The notes beneath the pieces were generated by a model. It saw only the letters and a list, made by a program, of their open reading frames with translations, was not told where the DNA came from and ran no database searches. Position numbers and translations under genes: made by a program. Positions 9,761 to 19,514 of a stretch of 64,000 nucleotides of DNA are shown piece after piece. This DNA is from Candidatus Comchoanobacterales bacterium. GTDB taxonomy: Bacteria; Pseudomonadota; Gammaproteobacteria; Comchoanobacterales; Comchoanobacteraceae. The DNA is taken from NCBI GenBank assembly GCA_049889175.1, contig JBMHDW010000002.1, forward strand, positions 115,172 to 179,171, read 5' to 3'. Every line of letters begins with the position of its first letter. Position 1 is the first letter of the stretch.

Positions 9761-11036
9761 AGCGACATTACCTCTTTGGTTGATTGAAGATCATAAGATT
9801 AAGGATTTATCGCCCGATATTCAAACACACTTTGCGTGGACATCACCTGATCGCACTCCTGGTGATGTTGTTGTATCAACAGATGATGCGGGTCAGCCTA
9901 ATGGTGTTTGGGTTTGTGTTAAGCCTGAAATGACATTGTGGGATTTTGCTCGATTACCTAGTCTTCTTCCGAGTGATTATACTTACAGTACATGTGAGGA
10001 TGATTATTTTGATCGGCTTGTTGATGGGTGGTTATTAGCTGAAACAGGACCGTTGCGTTTGGTTCTTCCTGATTCCCATCATAGAAGATCGCATATGATG
10101 AATGCTTTTCAATTGGTTCGCTCTTGGGTGAATGAGCCGCCTAACATCATGCATTCAGAAAAATTAGCACAATCAATTGAGCTTTTGGCACAGCAATATG
10201 ATGGTTGTTATACTGAGTGGAGGGGAGCAGCGTTAAAACAAGCGTTTCCAATGGTTGATGTGGTTGGCCGCGCCTCAGAGTTTTCTCCGGTGATGACACA
10301 GGTTCAATGGGCTAAACCCAATGCGAAAAAGCTGGTCATTATTGGTAAAGGTGTATGCTTTGATTCTGGGGGTTTAGATATTAAACCTTCAACCGCTATG
10401 AAGTTAATGAAAAAGGATATGGGAGGAGCAGCCCATGCTGCAGCTTTGGCATCGTGGCTGGTGGCATCTCGTGCTGATTGGGATATTACCTTGCTGGTTC
10501 CTTGTGTTGATAATATGATTTCAGGCCGCTCATTTCGCGTTGGCGATGTACTGACTAGTCGTTCTGGTCAGACGGTTGAAGTCGGAAATACTGATGCTGA
10601 GGGGCGTTTGGTATTGGCTGATGCTCTTTCATATGCTGATACACTTTCCCCTGACTTAATCATAGATTTTGCAACGCTAACAGGAGCAGCTAGGGTTGCA
10701 CTAGGCCATGATATTCCTGCTTACTTTTCTAGTTGTGACCAATGGTCTGAACGATTGGAGGTAGCCGCTAAACAGCAAATGGATCCAGTTTGGAGAATGC
10801 CATTGTATCAACCATATCGATCTCAATTAGAGAGTAATGTTGCTGATATTCACTCAACTGGCAGCACTGGTTTAGGTGGTGCGATCACAGCAGCATTATT
10901 TTTGCAGTCATTTGTATCTCCAGAAGTGGCTTGGATGCATTTTGATGTTCATGCATACCACCTTACTGAGCGTCCAGGGCGTCCAAAGGGTGGTGGTGCT
11001 AATGCGCTAAGATCTTGTTTTTCAATGCTTGTTTAG
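9753..11036 (+). CDS. M17 leucyl aminopeptidase family protein (PepB-like size)
   Basis: M17 signature NTDAEGRLVLADAL, plus GKGVCFDSGGLDIKP and DMGGAA. GTG start overlapping the ald stop. Confidence 0.85.
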   Translation: MFKATLPLWLIEDHKIKDLSPDIQTHFAWTSPDRTPGDVVVSTDDAGQPNGVWVCVKPEMTLWDFARLPSLLPSDYTYSTCEDDYFDRLVDGWLLAETGPLRLVLPDSHHRRSHMMNAFQLVRSWVNEPPNIMHSEKLAQSIELLAQQYDGCYTEWRGAALKQAFPMVDVVGRASEFSPVMTQVQWAKPNAKKLVIIGKGVCFDSGGLDIKPSTAMKLMKKDMGGAAHAAALASWLVASRADWDITLLVPCVDNMISGRSFRVGDVLTSRSGQTVEVGNTDAEGRLVLADALSYADTLSPDLIIDFATLTGAARVALGHDIPAYFSSCDQWSERLEVAAKQQMDPVWRMPLYQPYRSQLESNVADIHSTGSTGLGGAITAALFLQSFVSPEVAWMHFDVHAYHLTERPGRPKGGGANALRSCFSMLV

Positions 11037-11080
11037 GTTTTAGGATTGCAAATAGCCATTTGTTGTGTTAGCATTTGATC

Positions 11081-13213
11081 ATGAAAAATAGTGCATTACA
11101 ACAAAATATATTATTATGGCTTGACGATATTTCTATTAAGATTAGATTAAGTGATCAAGTTGACCAAACTCTTTTGTCACAACAAAAAGTTTTGAAAAAT
11201 ATTCATGATAAGATCAATGTTAGCTCTGGTTATGGTGTTAACTTAAGACAATTTTGGCTGTCATTATTATTGGAAGAGGATATCAAATGCCCCTTTGCTG
11301 ATGTAACATTACATCAGTGGATTCAGTCTGAGCTTCAAAGTATAACGAAACATAAAGCTTATGAAGCATTAAGCATGTGGTATAAGCGTTATCAAATATA
11401 CAAAGAATGCCAAGAAAAACTGGATGACAGTGATTTTAAATGGCGGGATAAGTTGGCGTCTTGCTCCCAGAAAGAGCAATTCCAATCATTAGTTCAAAAT
11501 CAACATACAACACTTCGTGAAGCAATGATGGAATGGATAGAGCATTCTCCATCCAATCAATCACAGCAATTAAATCAACTGCTTGAGCAAAAAAATAAAA
11601 TAAAGGATGAAGGTCGCATTAAACAAATGGAGACAGCAATTCAAATTGAGAAAGATAGGCTTAATCAAGATAATTCTTCTGAAGACTTATTACTTAAGAT
11701 CTGTTTTGATGATTGGAATCAAGCTAGAGAAGTCATCAAAAGTTTAGATCAATATAAAAAGATGAAAAAGATAAAAAGAGTAAAAAATATATTTGCTCGA
11801 TTAAAAAAGAATAACCAAAAAGGTAACTACGTAACAGGTTTGCAAATGGCCGATCAACTTATCGATCGCATTTTTTATCGTATCGTTTATTCTAATGAGC
11901 CATTGCCCCAAGATCCAATGTTAGTGACTTTATCTGGAGAGTTGGTATCTTTAGGGTATTTTTTAATGAATATTGATTTTTATTTTCAGACGCCATCAAG
12001 ATTGTCTCTAACCCTCTATGATATTGAGAACCTCTTTGAGGGCATCAATTCGATAGAAGATCATCGTATTATTTTTAAGTTTCCTGACATAAACCAATTG
12101 TACCAAGAGAAAAAATGGAGACAATTGAGGTCAGCATTACTGCATGCCGATGATTTAGTCTATCAATTTAATCCAAATAATGAACAGATATTTCAGCTTG
12201 AACCTTTCTCAGACGAATCTTGGCAACATTACATGGAAATATCTGAACCTCAAAAAAATACTAGCATAGATATTCAGGGTCATATCAATGCACGTAAAAA
12301 TGAGCTCTTTTCAAATCATAAACTATTTATGTTCGATAATTTAAATGAGCACTGCGAAAATATTGCGCGCATTCTTTGTCATTCAAGTGAAGGGTTGAGT
12401 GATGAGGATAAGCGCTTACTAAGCCAATATGGGTTAATGAATAATAATACTCCAGTTGAGGATTTTAATGCATTCTTAAAATCCCACTATCTGGTAACAC
12501 AATTGTGCAAGATGCAGGAGCAACTCGAGCGTAAAGTATCGCTAACTTCATCTGATGTCATGAACTATTTTTATGAAAAAATGCAGATTAAACCACAAAG
12601 TTTTAATAAGGATATGCTTATTGTTAAGCATTTGCATTATGGGCTCACTCAACCAGAATATGGGCTAATAAGACAAAGCAGTTATTGGGATGCAATGAGT
12701 AGTTTGTATCAGAAAGTATTAGAGCAAGGTGATGATGTTCGTTTTGATTTAAGTTTGCCTAGGGTAATGAATGCTAAAGATACCTACAATCTGGGCTGTG
12801 TGGATCAGGATATTTTAGCACTATTTCATCAGTTATCTTTGAGTGTGACAACCAAAGAGGAATACGTATCTTACCAAGCGTGTATCCATGCATTATGCCA
12901 ATATCGTTGTCAGCCAAGTTGTGATCATAGCGTGACATTAGTGACTGCTGTGGCTACATTTTTTGATAAAACATCAAGTCAACTAGGTGTGTTTCAATTC
13001 ATTATCCCTTTAATTTCATTAAATATTCATTGGTCTTTTTTGGCATTGTATTGTGTTTTGAGGGTAGCAACACAGATTTATTTAGAGCAAGAATTAACTC
13101 TTTTTTACGATCCTATTTATGGGCTCAAAAAACACATTTGGTTCCATGAGTTGAAGCAAGCATTACCTGATCTAGATGACGATATCATGAATTCGTTCAA
13201 GTTAATACCTTGA
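11081..13213 (+). CDS. Large orphan protein (about 710 aa), coiled-coil-rich with C-terminal hydrophobic segments; candidate secreted effector
   Basis: Long uninterrupted ORF with no recognisable domain. Gln/Lys/Glu-rich central region. Hydrophobic stretch LGVFQFIIPLISLNIHWSFLALYCVL near the C-terminus. Confidence 0.6.
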   Translation: MKNSALQQNILLWLDDISIKIRLSDQVDQTLLSQQKVLKNIHDKINVSSGYGVNLRQFWLSLLLEEDIKCPFADVTLHQWIQSELQSITKHKAYEALSMWYKRYQIYKECQEKLDDSDFKWRDKLASCSQKEQFQSLVQNQHTTLREAMMEWIEHSPSNQSQQLNQLLEQKNKIKDEGRIKQMETAIQIEKDRLNQDNSSEDLLLKICFDDWNQAREVIKSLDQYKKMKKIKRVKNIFARLKKNNQKGNYVTGLQMADQLIDRIFYRIVYSNEPLPQDPMLVTLSGELVSLGYFLMNIDFYFQTPSRLSLTLYDIENLFEGINSIEDHRIIFKFPDINQLYQEKKWRQLRSALLHADDLVYQFNPNNEQIFQLEPFSDESWQHYMEISEPQKNTSIDIQGHINARKNELFSNHKLFMFDNLNEHCENIARILCHSSEGLSDEDKRLLSQYGLMNNNTPVEDFNAFLKSHYLVTQLCKMQEQLERKVSLTSSDVMNYFYEKMQIKPQSFNKDMLIVKHLHYGLTQPEYGLIRQSSYWDAMSSLYQKVLEQGDDVRFDLSLPRVMNAKDTYNLGCVDQDILALFHQLSLSVTTKEEYVSYQACIHALCQYRCQPSCDHSVTLVTAVATFFDKTSSQLGVFQFIIPLISLNIHWSFLALYCVLRVATQIYLEQELTLFYDPIYGLKKHIWFHELKQALPDLDDDIMNSFKLIP

Positions 13214-13249
13214 TCCTATTATCTGATTAGGCTATATTGTAGTCCTTAC

Positions 13250-13323
13250 GCGCTCGTAGCTCAGCTGGATAGAGCACCTGGCTTCGAACCAGGCGGTCGT
13301 GGGTTCGAGTCCTACCGAGCGCG
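13250..13323 (+). tRNA. tRNA-Arg (anticodon UCG)
   Basis: Hand-folded cloverleaf: acceptor GCGCTCG/CGAGCGC, D-arm GCTC/GAGC, anticodon stem CCTGG/CCAGG with loop CTTCGAA, T-arm GTGGG-TTCGAGT-CCTAC. 74 nt, CCA not encoded. Confidence 0.9.
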
Positions 13324-13324
13324 C

Positions 13325-13669
13325 TTAATCTTGTGGCGGGTATTCAGTGAGCAACAATCTTTTGTTTGGCTTGTCTTTCCATGATTCTGCATCAATAGGT
13401 GCATCTTTCATCTCAGTGATATTTATGCTTTGGCTGGATGTGGATAGCGTTTTATTAATATTCAGAAAATCATGTTGATCATCACTTAACTCGCTATCAG
13501 CAACGATAGCATCTACAGGGCACTCTGGCTCACATAATGCACAATCAATACATTCTTCAGGATTAATGACCAACATATTTTCAGTCTCATAAAAACAGTC
13601 AACAGGACAAACTTCCACACAATCTGTATGTTTACATTTAATACATTGCTCAGTTACAACATAAGTCAT
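13325..13669 (-). CDS. fdxA: 7Fe (Azotobacter-type) ferredoxin
   Basis: [28 protein letters not shown]...[12 protein letters not shown] is the classic FdxA cysteine pattern. Confidence 0.9.
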   Translation of the reverse strand: MTYVVTEQCIKCKHTDCVEVCPVDCFYETENMLVINPEECIDCALCEPECPVDAIVADSELSDDQHDFLNINKTLSTSSQSINITEMKDAPIDAESWKDKPNKRLLLTEYPPQD

Positions 13670-13742
13670 TATATATCCTTAATTTTGATTGATTATAACG
13701 CATTACATGCTACAATACCAAAACTTCAATCAAAGGTATACC

Positions 13743-14273
13743 ATGAATCGACAAGAAATTATTGATGCCATTCAACAAAGCATTCCGGGCGCTTCTGTGA
13801 CATTGCATTCTGATGATGATGTTCACTTTTCAGTTGAGGTTGCGTCAGAAAGTTTTAAAGACTTATCAAGAATTCAGCAGCATCAGGCTGTGTATGACGC
13901 CTTAGGGCAAGAAATGATGGGTATGCATGCATTGAGCATTCAAACCTCTTCCAAGCCGAGTCAATCCAAGCAAACCATTGAAACGACCATTCAAAATTAT
14001 ATCACGCAAGATGCTGTTGTGTTGTTTATGAAAGGTACGCCAGATGCACCGATGTGTGGTTTTTCAAGTGTTGTTGCTCAAGTGTTAAAATCAATGAATG
14101 TACCCTTTCAATCTTATAATGTTCTAGAGGATGATGCATTGAGACAGGGTATTAAAACTTTTTCAAATTGGCCCACAATACCTCAACTGTATATTAGAGG
14201 TGAGTTTGTTGGTGGTTGCGATATAGTTAAAGAGATGTACCAGTCTGGAGAACTTGAAACTGTTTTACTTTAA
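13743..14273 (+). CDS. Fusion protein: BolA/IbaG-like domain plus monothiol glutaredoxin (Grx4/GrxD-type, CGFS)
   Basis: The N-terminal half has BolA-type ...HFSVEVASESFKDLSRIQQHQAVYDAL...MHALSIQT. The C-terminal half has VVLFMKGTPDAPMCGFSS...WPTIPQLYIRGEFVGGCDIVKEMYQSGELE. ATG at 13743 with RBS aaagg. Confidence 0.88.
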   Translation: MNRQEIIDAIQQSIPGASVTLHSDDDVHFSVEVASESFKDLSRIQQHQAVYDALGQEMMGMHALSIQTSSKPSQSKQTIETTIQNYITQDAVVLFMKGTPDAPMCGFSSVVAQVLKSMNVPFQSYNVLEDDALRQGIKTFSNWPTIPQLYIRGEFVGGCDIVKEMYQSGELETVLL

Positions 14274-15622
14274 TTACTAGGCCGTCTTTGGTGGGGTATA
14301 TTTTCTTTATCTGACGAGTCAGCAGTCGTTTCTTGGGTGAGGGTTTTCGATATTTTTTTCTTATAGTTATAGCTCATCTTGGCATTTTGTTGTAATCCTT
14401 GTATTAATAATCGCTGCGATAGTCCCCCATCAATGGTTTTTATTTCTGCTGCAGTTTTGAAGCTTAATTTTTTACCGCTATTGCTTTTAATGGTTTGTTG
14501 AATGCGGTAACTACTCAATGGTGTATCGCTTTTAAGCATGGTAGCTACTTGCTCATTAAGTTTACTCAAGCGATCAACGTGTATTTGTTCGGCCCAAGAT
14601 TTAGCTATCATGATATCATCTTTAACGATCATTCCGTGTTGTGTCTCTATCCAACCTGTGACACTTTTTTGAGACAACAGAACGACTTTCTGCTTTTTAG
14701 GGTCAATACCTATGATGTTGATGTGATTTGATAATTTAGGAATCATTTGATGATGGATCCAATCTTCTTGTAATAATGTGACTGCATTTGCTGGGGTATC
14801 TAAATCTATGCTTTTAAGATAGTTTTTAATATCATTGGGTAACTTTTTTAATGATTCTTGTTGGTTGACTAGTGAAGAGCCTCGGGTTCTGTTTTGAGCT
14901 GATTTTACCAGATTGGGTTCGTTATCAGTGCTCACAACAATATACTCATCTGAGTTTTCAGGTTTATCGTTTTTTAACCAATCATCACACGAATGGAAAT
15001 GAAAACACCCTGGTTGATCGCGATCAAAAGTTTTCTCCCAAATGGGCAGAAAGTTTTCTGAGCATTCTTGTTGTATTACTGTTAATTGAGGAGATAAATG
15101 TGGCAATGACTTATATAGATTAATGCAAATTTGCGGATGCTTGGGAAAAATATGCAATAATTGATCAATAGCTTTTAAAGCTTGGTGTACCTTATGTTGT
15201 TGTTCTCTGCCATATTGAATGGCTTCATCCATTGTGCTGATCTTGTTTTGGGCGATATACTCAGGCAAAGTCATCGGGTCCTCAAATTGTACCAAAACTT
15301 GAATCAAAGATTTGAGTTGGCTGATTATCGTAGTATGTTGGTTTGATGGGTATTCTTGGAGTGTTTCAAATGCCTCAATAAGATGCTGACTTGCAAATAA
15401 TGTTTCGGTTGATTGCTGTGATTTAATGACTACGTGGGTTAATTGAAGATTTTGGTAATATTGTTTATATTTGGGTATCTTGCCATATTTGCTCTGCTTC
15501 GGATTTGAAAAATGCTCATCTGGTTTTAACAGTGCATGATTTTCTTGTAGCCAGTCCAAAGCAGAGCCAAAGTTTTGGTGTTTGATGAATTGGTAATATT
15601 CTTCTATTGTTTTATTGGCCAT
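14270..15622 (-). CDS. Orphan protein (about 450 aa); candidate effector
   Basis: Long ORF with no recognisable domain. The start was set at the Met with RBS gaggtg (MANKTIEEYYQF). Polar/basic C-terminus ...ENIPHQRRPSN. Confidence 0.55.
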   Translation of the reverse strand: MANKTIEEYYQFIKHQNFGSALDWLQENHALLKPDEHFSNPKQSKYGKIPKYKQYYQNLQLTHVVIKSQQSTETLFASQHLIEAFETLQEYPSNQHTTIISQLKSLIQVLVQFEDPMTLPEYIAQNKISTMDEAIQYGREQQHKVHQALKAIDQLLHIFPKHPQICINLYKSLPHLSPQLTVIQQECSENFLPIWEKTFDRDQPGCFHFHSCDDWLKNDKPENSDEYIVVSTDNEPNLVKSAQNRTRGSSLVNQQESLKKLPNDIKNYLKSIDLDTPANAVTLLQEDWIHHQMIPKLSNHINIIGIDPKKQKVVLLSQKSVTGWIETQHGMIVKDDIMIAKSWAEQIHVDRLSKLNEQVATMLKSDTPLSSYRIQQTIKSNSGKKLSFKTAAEIKTIDGGLSQRLLIQGLQQNAKMSYNYKKKISKTLTQETTADSSDKENIPHQRRPSN

Positions 15623-16139
15623 GTAACACCTCGATTGTTGATGGGTAATAGATTTTGAATCCATTGAGATGAATCAAGCAAAGAGGTATTATTGTCACTG
15701 CAACATTTTTTAATATGGCATATTTTAATGAATAAAAAGGCTCATAAGTAATATGCTTAAGACAAGCAGCATTTGTATTATTGTGGTGGATAACTAATGT
15801 AACCTCTTGTGTCTTCATGCTTGCGATGCTCCTCGCAGCATTTATAGACAAGAATCCCTATAAAAACATGATTTATTTTTTCTTTTTATCTCGAAGTTTG
15901 AAAATGTTTTGGTGTTTGTTTAATTCATTTAGTTGGCTTTGTGTAGGAGGGATATCCTGACGGGCCTTTTGCAGAACTCGGTCTGCAAGACTAGTGATGT
16001 TTTTCTTTAAGGTAACAAAGATGCGATTTTTCATTATTTGACTATGGCCCACCTGTAAACGATTTTCAAGAGAAAGTTTTGATTTGTGTTTTTCTTGTTT
16101 TCTGCGTGGTGCCAGTGTATGGTATGATACGGAGAAAAG

Positions 16140-19100
16140 ATGTTAAAAACAAAACAAATCCATGATCAAAGTTTACTTTCTTATGAAGCGATAGCTCAAT
16201 GCGATGCTGCATTTATCCATTGGCTTGAGACATATAATCCTAATCTAGCTGAAGAGTTAATGAATCATCGTCAAGGCAAGTTGATGAGCTCAGAGTCGTT
16301 GATTGTGTTGGCTGAAAGTTTTGAAAATTTTGTTGCGGGTCTGATGGGTATAGAACATGACTTAGCAATTAAGAGAGCTGAACTTCAAAGTGATCAGCCG
16401 ATTATGTGGATGAAATATTCATGGTGGCCAAAATACATCAGAACACAACTTAAAAAACCACCTGAGATGACTTGGGAAGAATGTTTGACTCATTGGGAAA
16501 AAAATATTGAGCAACCATTCAATGAATATGCTGTTGCTAGCTGGTGTTTGGATAACCCTGAGGCTCATTGGTGGCATGCGGCATGTGTTTGGTTGCATCA
16601 AGATGACACTAAGAGAGCATTAGTAGATCATTGGCAGCTTTTTAAACGTCCAGAAAAAATAGACTATGATGCTTTATTTAGTTATCAGAAAGAAGGACAA
16701 GATATTTCTGTAATAGACATACGAGAACGATCAGGGTTTCAGCTGACTGATAGAGGTCAAAGCTCCTTAGCAGTTAATGATGCCGTTCACTATTGTGCCT
16801 TATGTCATCAAACTAAGGTTGATTATTGTCGTTCAGGTTTTCATCAAAAAAAGGGACAACCTTCTTCAGGCTATCGGAAGAACCCACTTAATACACCTTT
16901 GCAGGGCTGTCCATTGGATGAAAAGATTTCTGAAACACATGCACTGAGGCGATCTGGAGGCATTCTTTCAGCCTTAGCCATGATTATGATGGACAACCCA
17001 CTATGCCCTGCAACAGGACATAGAATTTGTAATGATTGCATGCAATCATGTATTTATCAAAAACAAACGCCAGTGAATATTCCAGAGGTTGAAAGCCGTA
17101 TTCTCATGGATGTGCTAACATTGCCCTGGGGTATTGAGTTATATTTTTTGCTGCTTCGATGGAACCCTTTAAGGCCCAAACAATATTTGCCACAACCAGT
17201 TTCAGGTGACCATGTATTGGTTATGGGGCAAGGGCCGGCAGGCTTTACTATGGCTTATCATTTGCTGATGGCTGGTGTTCAAGTAACAGGTATGGATGGT
17301 CTAGCGATTGAGTCATTGCCTGAACATTGGTTGAATAAGCCGATTAAATCTTGGAATGATTTTGCTGAAAATTTAGAAGAACGTCCTGTTCGTGGTTTTG
17401 GTGGTGTTGCTGAATATGGAATCACAGTTAGATGGAATAAAAATTTTCTTACTTTAATCCATATGTGTCTTGCAAGAATGAAGCATTTTTCTGTGATGGG
17501 CGGTGTGCGTTTTGGTGGTACAATTACCTTGGATGATGCCAAACAACTGGGTTTTGATCATGTTGCATTGGCATTGGGTGCTGGTTTACCCAAAGAGTTA
17601 AAGATCAAAGGTTCGTTAACGCCAGGTATGAGGCAAGCTAATGATTTTCTCATGATGTTACAACTGAGTGGTGCGGTTAAAGACAAAGCCTCTGTTGACT
17701 TGCAAGTTAGAATGCCGGCTATTGTTATAGGTGGTGGTTTAACAGGTGTTGATGCTGCAACAGAATTACAAGCTTATTACTGGCATCAAATCAAACAAGT
17801 TTCTGAGCGTATAGAGGCAGTGGTCCAAGTGAGAGGGCAGAGTGCATTTTGGCAAAGTTTTTCTCCTTCTGAGCGAAGTATTTTAGAGGAAATGCAACAG
17901 CACTGGCAAGCATTTACATCAGATCGACATCACCGTCCTCGATCTGATTGGATCAAACAATGGGGTGGAGTACGCATTGTTTACAGAAAAAGAATGATTG
18001 ATTCACCAGCTTACCGAACGAATCCACATGAGTTGTATGAGGCATTACGTGAGGGGCTTATGTATGTTGAACAATTAAGCCCAGATCGAACCATACAAGA
18101 TGCCTTTGGCCATGTTAAAGCTTGCGTTTTTCAACAAACAAGATGTGAGAATGGCGTTTGGTCTGTCAGCGATGATGAAGTGACTTTAGCGGCGCGAACA
18201 ATATTGGTTGCTACCGGTGCAAGGCCTAATATTGCTTATCATTTTGAGCACCCAGGAGAGTTGAAAAAGCAAGGTGCATTCTATCAGATTTATAGCCAAG
18301 AAGATGATTCATGGCAGTCTTTTGAGCATCAGCCAGATCAAAAAGTAGCTAAAGGTGTCATGAGTAGTCAGCATGAAGGTATGATGTCTGTTAGTATTTT
18401 GGGTGATTTACATCCGCATTATCATGGTAGTGTGGTGAAAGCAATGGCTTCTGCTAAAAATCATTATGAAGATATATTAGCAACCCTACCACAAAAACCA
18501 TTTCAAGGGTTTAAAGGTCATGATATCCATGATTCTTTGAGTCCAACAATCCATAAGATTGAGCCTTTTGGATCTGGTGTGAGGGTAACCATTCATGCAA
18601 AAGCTTTTGTAGCACGCTATCAAATAGGACAGTTTTATCGATTGAGTCAGCCTGGCTCTATTCAAGGTCATATTAATTTATGGCCAGATCATGTTGATGT
18701 ATCGAGCGGATTACTCACCTTTACCTTAGATGAAATAACATATAAACGATTGAATACGGCATCATGGCAAAAAGGCATGGCAGTACATTTAATGGGGCCA
18801 AGTGGTGTTCGTATGCGTATTCCAGATGAGAAAACTGAAGTATTAATTGTTGCAGATGCTTTGCATGCATTAAAAGCAGTTGCAATGGCAAGAGCTATGA
18901 AAAAAGCCAAGCACGTGGTGTGGCTATATTTGGAGGGTGATATAGAGGATGCGGTATTATCACATCATTGGTCTGATGTATGTGATGGACTAGCAACAGA
19001 AAAACATTGGCAAATCCAGGATATAACCTATCATCCATTCATTACTCAGCAAGCCTTTTTTAGCGCGATTCTTCCAAGCTGGAGTCAACAAAAGGCAATT

Positions 19101-19457
19101 GATTTAGTCCTAACATTATCGCGATGGCCTTGGTTACGAAAAACAACAGATTTCTTAAAACAAGCACCTGGGTGCTTATCTGATAATGTCAGTATTAAGG
19201 CGGCTGTTCATGGGCCAATGCAATGTATGCTGAAAGGCATATGTGCACAATGTTTGCAGTGGCAGATTGATCCAGAAACAGGTGAGCGAAAGAAGGCAGT
19301 TTATGCTTGTTCTTGGCAGGATCAGCCGATTGACCTCATTGATTGGCAGGCATTTGATGACCGGTTTGAACAGCATGGAGCTGTGAAAAGATTGCATGAT
19401 CAGTATCATCATTTTATATCAGTTATTAATGATGATATCGAAGTAACTATAGTTTAA
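16140..19457 (+). CDS. Giant (1105 aa) Fe-S flavoprotein: GltD-like NAD(P)H oxidoreductase core with a C-terminal PyrK/ferredoxin-reductase-like module
   Basis: Cys clusters (CALCHQTKVDYC, CPLDEKISE, CPATGHRICNDCMQSC) followed by dinucleotide fold VLVMGQGPAGFTMAYHLLMAG and a second GGGLTGVDAA. The C-terminal CMLKGICAQCLQW...YACSW is a 2Fe-2S-like motif. Confidence 0.7.
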   Translation: MLKTKQIHDQSLLSYEAIAQCDAAFIHWLETYNPNLAEELMNHRQGKLMSSESLIVLAESFENFVAGLMGIEHDLAIKRAELQSDQPIMWMKYSWWPKYIRTQLKKPPEMTWEECLTHWEKNIEQPFNEYAVASWCLDNPEAHWWHAACVWLHQDDTKRALVDHWQLFKRPEKIDYDALFSYQKEGQDISVIDIRERSGFQLTDRGQSSLAVNDAVHYCALCHQTKVDYCRSGFHQKKGQPSSGYRKNPLNTPLQGCPLDEKISETHALRRSGGILSALAMIMMDNPLCPATGHRICNDCMQSCIYQKQTPVNIPEVESRILMDVLTLPWGIELYFLLLRWNPLRPKQYLPQPVSGDHVLVMGQGPAGFTMAYHLLMAGVQVTGMDGLAIESLPEHWLNKPIKSWNDFAENLEERPVRGFGGVAEYGITVRWNKNFLTLIHMCLARMKHFSVMGGVRFGGTITLDDAKQLGFDHVALALGAGLPKELKIKGSLTPGMRQANDFLMMLQLSGAVKDKASVDLQVRMPAIVIGGGLTGVDAATELQAYYWHQIKQVSERIEAVVQVRGQSAFWQSFSPSERSILEEMQQHWQAFTSDRHHRPRSDWIKQWGGVRIVYRKRMIDSPAYRTNPHELYEALREGLMYVEQLSPDRTIQDAFGHVKACVFQQTRCENGVWSVSDDEVTLAARTILVATGARPNIAYHFEHPGELKKQGAFYQIYSQEDDSWQSFEHQPDQKVAKGVMSSQHEGMMSVSILGDLHPHYHGSVVKAMASAKNHYEDILATLPQKPFQGFKGHDIHDSLSPTIHKIEPFGSGVRVTIHAKAFVARYQIGQFYRLSQPGSIQGHINLWPDHVDVSSGLLTFTLDEITYKRLNTASWQKGMAVHLMGPSGVRMRIPDEKTEVLIVADALHALKAVAMARAMKKAKHVVWLYLEGDIEDAVLSHHWSDVCDGLATEKHWQIQDITYHPFITQQAFFSAILPSWSQQKAIDLVLTLSRWPWLRKTTDFLKQAPGCLSDNVSIKAAVHGPMQCMLKGICAQCLQWQIDPETGERKKAVYACSWQDQPIDLIDWQAFDDRFEQHGAVKRLHDQYHHFISVINDDIEVTIV

Positions 19458-19514
19458 AATAACTGGTTATGTTTTTTTAAGGTTGTTATAGTAATAAATA
19501 TTTAAAGGTGTTCT

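Noticed and set aside
15612-15851. Track ORF of 79 aa upstream of the 464-aa orphan.
   Set aside because: It overlaps the N-terminal extension of the neighbouring ORF. It has no RBS, low-complexity hydrophobic content and no homology signal.
15873-16034. A hand-found 53-aa minus-strand ORF (MKNRIFVTLKKNITSLADRVLQKARQDIPPTQSQLNELNKHQNIFKLRDKKKK) in the 475-nt intergenic region.
   Set aside because: It has no Shine-Dalgarno sequence and I recognise no family. It could be real, but the sequence alone does not support calling it.
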